Origin: Setoptus koraiensis
Lineage: Eukaryota > Animalia > Arthropoda
DNA: 64,000 nucleotides
NCBI GenBank assembly: GCA_048013815.1
Contig: CM106585.1
Location: forward strand, 1,178,001-1,242,000
Direction: 5' to 3'
Below the pieces are notes generated by a model that saw nothing but the letters and a program-made list of their open reading frames with translations, was not told the DNA's origin and did no database searches. Positions 57,415 through 64,000 of the stretch are shown piece after piece. A program made the position numbers and the translations under genes. How positions within the stretch are numbered: position 1 is the stretch's first letter; every line of letters starts with the position of its first letter.

Positions 57415-57779
57415 CGTGAGCTTGTATCACTTCATCTATGCTTGTACCGGAATTTACAGCTGAACATCCAAGTCCAGACATCTGCCGCAAAATTGCTTCT
57501 GTGCTCCCCCAAATCTTATATCTAATGTATATATTGATGTAATATTTAGTGGTTATAGTAGATTCGACGAATTATATAACAGGCACTGGCTAGTGTAATG
57601 GTGCCAGATATTGTCTTCTGATGATAGCTATACGGGATAACACAATAATAATTCAGATGCCAATAAGAATATTTATTTTCGCTAAATGATAGCGAAAATA
57701 AAAGTAGGAATTGTCTCCGTTATCGTTGTTATTGTACCCTATTGTTTGGTGTTACATGTATGAGTTAATGCCTGACCAA

Positions 57780-57898
57780 GGTATACTCGATAACAATCTT
57801 ATCAGTCCGGTGTGTTTTGAAGGCTAGAACACGCTGTTGTTTCAATGTCGACAGGAGAATGACGTCAACCATTTCGACACTAGAATGGCCGCCCCCAT
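57780..57898. repeat. Duplicated segment 5' of ankyrin paralogue 2 (partner at 54847-54943)
   Basis: Direct nucleotide similarity to 54847-54943. Confidence 0.85.
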
Positions 57899-58346
57899 TA
57901 GTGTTGGGACAAATTGCATATTGCACAGCTATTTCCGCAGATTTCCAAATCCGCAAAAATTTTTGCGCACATTTGCGTCCTGACAGTTTCGATGTCAACT
58001 GCCATTATGGATTTTGCCAATGAGACACCGAAAGACTCACGCGTAGCTAATACTGTTGTCAACAGTCATTCTTACAGCTGTTTTTCATCGGATACAGTCT
58101 ATTCATAGACTGTATCCTGTTCGAGCTTTAGTATATGGAACTTTACCCACATAATGACGGCACAAACAAAATCTGATAAAATCCAAATCATCCTCATCAG
58201 TATTCTATCGCAGAACGATTGTTATTTTCAGTATTTGCATTGTTGCTCACAACAACACAATTTTGCCATAGCTTCAATACTCAAATTTTGTATGAATCAT
58301 TGTTGACCTTCTTCCTCTGGCTCACAAATACTTGTCAGCAAACACT

Positions 58347-60209
58347 ATGGCGTTAGAGGAACCGACGTGCTGGCTTGACCTGTTGCCCGTCGAAGTTTTG
58401 CTCATAATACTCGACCATCTTAGAGATCACAACGATCGCTACCATTTGTGCCTGCTGTCGGACCGACTAGCGAGTGTGGTATTGGTATCATATCAATTAC
58501 ATCGGACAATTGAGAGTTTATCACTCGATTATTGCATGGCAAACTCTATCTCCCTTGAAACGCTGGAGCCAATCCTTACTAGTGCCTTAAAACTCAAGTC
58601 ACTCAAATTTACGAATAACAGAAGTGAGAATGCGCTCAGAGGGATAGGGCCCGACGCTCATTTCATAATAACTGACAATTGTCCACAATTGGAAAGCTTG
58701 GACGTGTCTGGAGTGTCAATAGCTCCGTCTGAGCTCACATCAATATTGGAAAAATGTGATAGAATGACAACTTTAATAATTACCAGTAATCGATTAGATG
58801 ATGACAAGGAGCTGGAGATCATCAAGAGTCGCTGGCCTAATTTATCAATTTTTGATAGGAGATACACTATTGATCCCAAGAGTCGCTGGCCAAATTTATT
58901 AATTCTCGATAATTACTCCTTTAAAAGACTTGATACTCCTTATCGTGCATCTCGAATAGGTGGAAAACTTTCGATTCTCAGTTTGACGGCGAGCGGAGAT
59001 TTATTCAGGAAAGAAGAAACTCTATTGGTTAATGAGATCCCGTTTAATGCTCACTCGTCAGAAGAAGACCTCAGATACTCCGAGCAAGATTTCACAGAAA
59101 TACAATGGAGTCGGCACTGCACTGGTGATGAATACTGGATTGCGAAAATAGAATTAGATGCATTCGATCGATCGTTTCTTCGAAATATCGACTTCCATAC
59201 CAATCTGGAGCTGTCTGAATTTAATGCACTCGGTGTGAGGATATGGTCAGCAAGAGGATGGCTTCATCATGTTAATATCATCTCTTCCCCTAACCGCCAT
59301 CTGCTTGTTGCACCTCGTCGCTCCGGCTCTCTTTCTGGGGGGTATATCAATTTCACACTGACTCATTTCTTTAGTCTTGATAAGAACTGGTGGTATTTTG
59401 ATGTATGCAAATATTTGCCAACTAAAGGCTTGTTCAGATTGATTAATCTCACGCTTATAGAAAAGCACAGAAAGAAGAGGACATTCATTGGGCTCCAACG
59501 AATCTTATCTGACAACTTGCTTCGTTCTGTCTTTCTTCCCCAAAGAAATGTACATGTAAACTGGTCAAGAAAAAATCTATTGAAATCTGTAACAATAGAC
59601 ATGAAGACCTTAGCTGATGATTTCAATCGGCTTGATGAATGTCAAATGGATGCAATCAAAAATTCATTGTCTAATAGAATCAGTTTGATCATGGGACCAA
59701 CGGGCACGGGAAAGACAGTGACTGCTACCTTATTGGCCTTGAAACTATTCCAGACGAGATTCTCTAGCAGATCCAAGATACTTTTTTGTGCTGCAGACAA
59801 CAAGACCATCGATAATATAGCAGAAAAGATTCACGAATCTGGCGAACTCAGAGTTGTTAGAATTGGTCCTGAGTATTTCATGAAAGAACAGGATGCAAAA
59901 TATAAGCCATATTACTTGAACAGGCTCTTGCACGAAAGAGGCCTTGATTCAATAGATCCTTTCGATATAAATGAACTAACGTTATTACTGTGGAGTTACT
60001 GTGATCCAGGAAGTTTAAGTCTTGAAAGTGACGAGAGAAAAAAAAATCGGAATGAGAGGAGTCGTTGCAAGCGAGAAATTCTTGACAAATCAGATGTTAT
60101 TTGTTGTACTTGCGAAGACATTCTTTCATTGTCAATATACAGTATGCCTTGTCTTATCGATTCTATAATTGTTGATGACTGCAGCCAAGTCAGAGTTCCA
60201 GACGGCTGA
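58347..60209 (+). CDS. F-box + LRR + UPF1-like SF1 RNA helicase fusion, 5' part (F-box, LRRs, 1B-like region, RecA1 to motif II)
   Basis: First ATG at 58347. F-box LDLLPVEVLLIILDHL. FBXL-type LRRs (NCPQLESLDVSG; EKCDRMTTLII). Q motif LDECQ. Walker A GPTGTGKTVT. ILFCAADNKTIDNIAEKIH (UPF1 VLVCAPSNIAVDQLTEKIH). DVICCTC. Motif II VDDCSQ. No introns. Confidence 0.88.
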   Translation: MALEEPTCWLDLLPVEVLLIILDHLRDHNDRYHLCLLSDRLASVVLVSYQLHRTIESLSLDYCMANSISLETLEPILTSALKLKSLKFTNNRSENALRGIGPDAHFIITDNCPQLESLDVSGVSIAPSELTSILEKCDRMTTLIITSNRLDDDKELEIIKSRWPNLSIFDRRYTIDPKSRWPNLLILDNYSFKRLDTPYRASRIGGKLSILSLTASGDLFRKEETLLVNEIPFNAHSSEEDLRYSEQDFTEIQWSRHCTGDEYWIAKIELDAFDRSFLRNIDFHTNLELSEFNALGVRIWSARGWLHHVNIISSPNRHLLVAPRRSGSLSGGYINFTLTHFFSLDKNWWYFDVCKYLPTKGLFRLINLTLIEKHRKKRTFIGLQRILSDNLLRSVFLPQRNVHVNWSRKNLLKSVTIDMKTLADDFNRLDECQMDAIKNSLSNRISLIMGPTGTGKTVTATLLALKLFQTRFSSRSKILFCAADNKTIDNIAEKIHESGELRVVRIGPEYFMKEQDAKYKPYYLNRLLHERGLDSIDPFDINELTLLLWSYCDPGSLSLESDERKKNRNERSRCKREILDKSDVICCTCEDILSLSIYSMPCLIDSIIVDDCSQVRVPDG

Positions 60210-61117
60210 ACCTGCTGCGATATCGGCCCAGAAGGTTTGTACTTGTAGGCGACGATAATCAATTCCAACCATTCATGAAGGAATGTTTATATAACAAACT
60301 CAAAGGTATCGGTTTCGAATCGATCTCGCTGAATGTTCAGTACCGCATGCACCCGGAGATAGCGAAATTTCCCAACGAACACTTCAATGGAGGAAAGATT
60401 AGGAATGGTATTCAAGCGAGCGATAGAAAGTGGATAGGTAACCAGGATATGTGCCCGTTCCCCAATCCCGACAGGCCCATCTATTTTCATTGCCACACTT
60501 CAGATGAGAGCTCGAGATCCCAATCGACATCGTGGATCAACGAGGGCGAAGTCGAAATCGTTATTGCCACGATTGATATTCTGCTTTCGCGGGGTCTTCA
60601 TAAGAACGACATTGGAGTGATAACACCTTACAAAGATCAGAGTAATCTTATCAGAGACCGATTAAAGCCCAGACCAAACCACCAACCAGCCGACGAAACG
60701 GACCATGCAGATTACATACACCTCCGATATATTTTGGGACAATATTATGATGGAGATGTTTGTGTCGAAGTAGATACAGTTGATACCACATACCAAGGTC
60801 GTGAAAAAAACTACATTATTGTTTCATTGGTTAGATCAAGAGACTGTTGTGGTTGTATTTTCGATTGGAGGATGTTGAATATAGCGCTTACTCGAGCTAA
60901 ATACGGTCTCATCATAATTGGAAACGGATTGGCTTTAGTGAACAATCCATTGCTTAATTTATTGCTTAAGGATTGTTCTGGTAGAGGACTGTTGTACTCT
61001 GAATTGTTGTCAGAGAAATCTCGACCTGTTACACTGGACGACCTGTTGTCGGAGAACGAAAATATCTTAGTTTGTGTAGGTTTATTGGTCAGGGATTTGA
61101 TAAATAAATTGACTTAG
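60203..61117 (+). CDS. UPF1-like helicase fusion, 3' part (motifs III-VI), in the -1 frame relative to the 5' part
   Basis: The frame of ORF 60275..61117 is open upstream as LNLLRYRPRRFVLVGDDNQFQP (motif III), then QYRMHPEI (IV), IGVITPY, YQGREKNYIIVSLVRS (V) and LNIALTRAKYG (VI). PFPNPDRPIYF and STSWINEGE match UPF1 WPQPDKPMFF and GTSYLNRTE. Confidence 0.88.
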   Translation, partial: RLNLLRYRPRRFVLVGDDNQFQPFMKECLYNKLKGIGFESISLNVQYRMHPEIAKFPNEHFNGGKIRNGIQASDRKWIGNQDMCPFPNPDRPIYFHCHTSDESSRSQSTSWINEGEVEIVIATIDILLSRGLHKNDIGVITPYKDQSNLIRDRLKPRPNHQPADETDHADYIHLRYILGQYYDGDVCVEVDTVDTTYQGREKNYIIVSLVRSRDCCGCIFDWRMLNIALTRAKYGLIIIGNGLALVNNPLLNLLLKDCSGRGLLYSELLSEKSRPVTLDDLLSENENILVCVGLLVRDLINKLT

Positions 61118-61162
61118 ATTGATGTGCCTCATATTAACTATACGGCTATGAGGCACCCACAA

Positions 61163-62050
61163 TCAACTATAGTATTCATCTGCTTCAAACAATATCCTTA
61201 TATAGTCGACTTCTCTTTCTTCTTCGACATTTTCGTCAGAACAAGTAAATCTTGACCACCGAATATGATCGAAAGGTTTTCTACCTTCATTATCTCTAAT
61301 AGTTGGGTCCGCGCCACAATCTAGCAACAGCCTGACCATATCATACCTTTCTGAGTGGCAAGCTACATGCAAAGCAGTAACGCCGTCAGAATTATCATTG
61401 TTATTTATATAGTCGATCAATCCTCGTCTTCGTTCCTTTTCCTCCACATGCTTGAGTAGTAGCTCTAAACATCTTATGCTCTCTCTCACAATAAAAGGTT
61501 CACCCTGGTAGTGGACAGGTAAGAAGCCATAACCTCCCTTCCCAAATTCGCTAGCAGAAGTCTTCTTATAATCTGCGTTGTTCTCTAGCAAAAACCTAGC
61601 GCTTTCATAACTCGCTGTCGAAATGGCAAATGCCAGGGGTGTTATACCCTGGTCGTTGTACTCGTTAATGTCAAAAAAACCTTGAGACATAACATAGCTG
61701 ATCATTTCAGGATGATTGGACCTTACAGCCCAATGTAGAAGATGACTACCGCTTTCTGTAGGATCAGCCCCGTTTCGAATGAGGATTGTTGCAATCTCAA
61801 CAGATCCGGCCTCAACAGCATCTATTAATGATCTAACATTAACACTAGCTCCCTTTGATATCAAGTAATTGACAGTGTCAACCTGCCTGGACCCAGAAGC
61901 GAGGGACAGTGCTGTATCGCCATGTTTATCGGTATAATCCACATCAATATTTTCCTCTTCAAGGTAGAACTTAATCTTCTCTATTCGCCCCAATCTGGCA
62001 TCGCTTAAAAGTTCCCATTTTCGTCCATTTTCGTTGTTGCTATGTTCCAT
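61163..62050 (-). CDS. Ankyrin-repeat protein (295 aa, about 7 repeats), paralogue 3, intronless
   Basis: Intact ORF collinear with paralogue 1 (GDTALSLA; GITPLAFA; GVTALHVAC...LLDCGADPTIRD). Confidence 0.92.
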   Translation of the reverse strand: MEHSNNENGRKWELLSDARLGRIEKIKFYLEEENIDVDYTDKHGDTALSLASGSRQVDTVNYLISKGASVNVRSLIDAVEAGSVEIATILIRNGADPTESGSHLLHWAVRSNHPEMISYVMSQGFFDINEYNDQGITPLAFAISTASYESARFLLENNADYKKTSASEFGKGGYGFLPVHYQGEPFIVRESIRCLELLLKHVEEKERRRGLIDYINNNDNSDGVTALHVACHSERYDMVRLLLDCGADPTIRDNEGRKPFDHIRWSRFTCSDENVEEEREVDYIRILFEADEYYS

Positions 62051-62303
62051 AGCTAAAGAAATAATAGCGCTTTTGTTAAAATTTTGTACTGATCAAATAT
62101 TTTACAAAAAATACCACTCTCTAACGTTAAGTAAAATTGTTTTGTTTACTTTAACCTATTTTGAGGAGAAACGGAGAGTGTTGTTAGTAACTTATGTAAA
62201 AATATTTATCAAGTTCTTATAGCGAAGAATTCTGGGTAAAACACCGTTAGGCTAATCTTTAGTCGAATTTTTTGTTCTAGATTTTATCCAAAAGCTCTAA
62301 ATT

Positions 62304-62366
62304 GAGTGGGCGGTGACAGGTTCGAACTGCCGACCCCCTCGGTGTGATCGAGATGCTCTACCAACT
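62304..62366 (-). pseudogene. Degenerate bacterial-type tRNA-Val (anticodon CAC), 5' acceptor and D-stem strand lost
   Basis: Minus strand AGTTGGTAGAGC-A-TCTCG-ATCACAC-CGAGG-GGGTC-GGCAG-TTCGAAC-CTGTC-ACCGCCC-A-CTC. Anticodon and T stems pair. It resembles bacterial tRNA-Val(UAC) (GAGC..GAGGGGGTCGGCxGTTCGAxCCxGTCAxCxCCCACCA) and not eukaryotic cytosolic tRNA-Val. Confidence 0.75.
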
Positions 62367-62703
62367 CTAAAATATACTATGACAAGATTAAGATGGCTTG
62401 CAAGTTGCAACTTGCAGATCATATGGTTCACAATAATAAATCGGTCGCAAATAGTTTTTCATCTGACAGCGCTCACTGTGCGGACATTGTGTCGCCTTGT
62501 GTTCGGTTGTCCTCGGCAAGAAAGTCGAAATCCGCCGCACGGAAAATACACTGTGGAAGTTAGCGTAGCTTTTCTAGTTAAAAAAAATTGTTATTGCGAC
62601 TACCCTCCACAATAACTTGTAATAATAATAATACATGTATATCAGAGAGCTATCAATAATTATTTATCACTTGAACCGTTGTTGGACCGTAACAGTTAGC
62701 TTT

Positions 62704-63774
62704 ATGATGTATTCAGGAGGAGGTAGCAGCAGATTTAACAATTTTCAAAATCATAACCGTACTCATGGAACCCAAGAACCAGATTCTTCAATGAATAGAA
62801 ACTGTACCGACCTGGTTCTTCTAGATAGAACAAGCTCAACTATACCCCCAATTGGTAATTCCGTCCTTGATTCAACAGAAAACTCAATATTCACTGCCAA
62901 CCTTAGTGATGTCGCTATAATGAGCCAAGTTCTCAAAGAGATCAATCATGTCAACGACAAGTCTGTCTTTGTGATAAACAAGCAAGGAGTTAGGATAGTT
63001 ACGTCGGGTGAACCTTCGTTCCAAGTGTCCGTGCTGTTTGAGAAAGAAATGTTTGAAACTTATGTATATAATTCAAATCAGGACACAGAATTTGGATTTC
63101 TATTGAAACACTATATCCAGTGTCTTAATTTACTCTGTGATGATTTGGCCAACGACGATGATAGTCAAGTACATACCAATAACACTTCACGGTTTCCAAC
63201 ATCTTTGTATATGCAGTATAGAAGTAGGGGGGACCAAAAGAAGCTCAAGTTGGAGTTGGGATCGTACACGGCAAGAATTGATTTGAAATCTTTTGAAGCC
63301 GAAGTTCTGCCTCTAGGATACGGAGAAGGTGATGATGGAAACATTGGAAGCATCACCTTTAATTCAAGTAAATTCTACGAATTGATAAGTAGTCTGGATT
63401 TTTCCAGCAACTTCATAGAGATATCTTTGGAGAATTCGGGTACCCCTTTGAAATTGACAACAAATTCAGAGTTAGGTCAAGTTGAAGTAGTAGTCGTTGA
63501 CAGCCCACAGGAAAACATCATCATTGGTGGAACCAACAAATGTCCCTTATCTTCCACGTTCAATTTTAGATATAGAACAAGTTTTATGAAACCTGCTATA
63601 CAAGCATTAACAACTTCGTCAAGAGTAACTCTCAAATGCGATAGTTACGGACTACTATGCCTAGAGCACATAAAGAGTTACAACACTGCAACGTCATCAC
63701 AAGAAAACGTTCAGAGGAAATGCTCCGTAGAATATTATATGATGTCTGAAGCAAGTGAGGCAGAACTATACTGA
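62704..63774 (+). CDS. RAD1: Cell-cycle checkpoint clamp subunit RAD1 (9-1-1 complex), intronless
   Basis: FTANLSDVAIMSQVLKEI...INKQGVRI...FQVSVLFEKEMF; YIQCLNLL; FRYRTSFMKPAIQALTTSSRVTLKCDSYGLLCLEH; CSVEYY match Rad1-family motifs (LKPSTKALVLSCKVSIRTDNRGFLSLQ; CFVEYY). Likely start is the ATG at 62704 or 62707 within ORF 62635..63774. Confidence 0.88.
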   Translation: MMYSGGGSSRFNNFQNHNRTHGTQEPDSSMNRNCTDLVLLDRTSSTIPPIGNSVLDSTENSIFTANLSDVAIMSQVLKEINHVNDKSVFVINKQGVRIVTSGEPSFQVSVLFEKEMFETYVYNSNQDTEFGFLLKHYIQCLNLLCDDLANDDDSQVHTNNTSRFPTSLYMQYRSRGDQKKLKLELGSYTARIDLKSFEAEVLPLGYGEGDDGNIGSITFNSSKFYELISSLDFSSNFIEISLENSGTPLKLTTNSELGQVEVVVVDSPQENIIIGGTNKCPLSSTFNFRYRTSFMKPAIQALTTSSRVTLKCDSYGLLCLEHIKSYNTATSSQENVQRKCSVEYYMMSEASEAELY

Positions 63775-63783
63775 AGATTATGA

Positions 63784-63989
63784 TTATTCATCAGTGACAT
63801 CATCTACATCTTTCAGCCAAGGATGAGCCAGACAATCCGCAGCAGAGGCTCTTTTCTTGGGATCATAGGCTAACATAGGAAGAAGAAACGCCGCAAAATC
63901 TGTGGCATCTTTCTGAGACCATTCGTATTTTTCGTTGAGCACGGAGATCAAGTCCCAAGGCTTAAGGGATCCGATATTCTTGAGTTCGC
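63784..63989 (-). CDS. SRPK: Last exon of an SR-protein kinase (SRPK family); gene runs off the window
   Basis: Acceptor TTTTAG| at 63990, then (G)ELKNIGSLKPWDLISVLNEKYEWSQKDATDFAAFLLPMLAYDPKKRASAADCLAHPWLKDVDDVTDE*, matching the SRPK C-lobe (LKPWxLxxVLxEKYEW...FLLPML...KRAxAxxCLxHPWL). It is not in the ORF track. Confidence 0.92.
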
Positions 63990-64000
63990 CTAAAAGGGAT

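Noticed and set aside
57900-58110. LFPQISKSAKIF resembling a hAT dimerisation domain
   Set aside because: The diagnostic ERxFS is absent and the match is too short.
58347-61117. Calling the helicase the canonical UPF1 orthologue
   Set aside because: It lacks the CH zinc domain and SQ tail, has DD in Walker B and is far more diverged than UPF1 orthologues normally are; treated as a derived paralogue.
62313-62615. 100-aa ORF upstream of RAD1
   Set aside because: GTG start, antisense to the tRNA remnant and no recognisable content; probably RAD1 promoter or UTR sequence.
53300-64000. Right-hand block as a prokaryotic or giant-virus insertion
   Set aside because: RAD1, a spliced SRPK exon and a UPF1-derived helicase are eukaryotic, and there are no viral or phage hallmark genes; only the tRNA fragment looks bacterial.

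Overview
Metazoan (eukaryotic) genomic DNA; an arthropod with a compact, mite-like genome is my inference from style only. The window has two very different parts. From 1 to about 53.2 kb it is microsatellite-saturated and gene-poor. I can support one very large minus-strand coding exon (about 8.3-14.3 kb), one more probable exon, short tandem duplications and decayed transposon remnants; the full gene models are unresolved. From about 53.3 kb to the end it is repeat-poor and gene-dense. It carries a three-unit tandem array of a tail-to-tail cassette: [F-box + LRR + UPF1-like SF1 helicase, + strand] facing [about 290-aa ankyrin-repeat gene, - strand]. Unit 3 has the full-length helicase fusion, broken by one frameshift. 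Units 1 and 2 keep only the helicase 3' tail, and unit 2 also has a MULE transposase remnant and a stop-interrupted ankyrin gene. A degenerate bacterial-type tRNA-Val, an intronless RAD1 and the last exon of an SRPK kinase follow. The most notable feature is the F-box/LRR-UPF1 fusion paired with ankyrin paralogues whose differences concentrate at binding-surface positions; it is a candidate RNA-sensing ubiquitin-ligase or defence module (function is inference). No searches were run; all family calls come from motif recognition.
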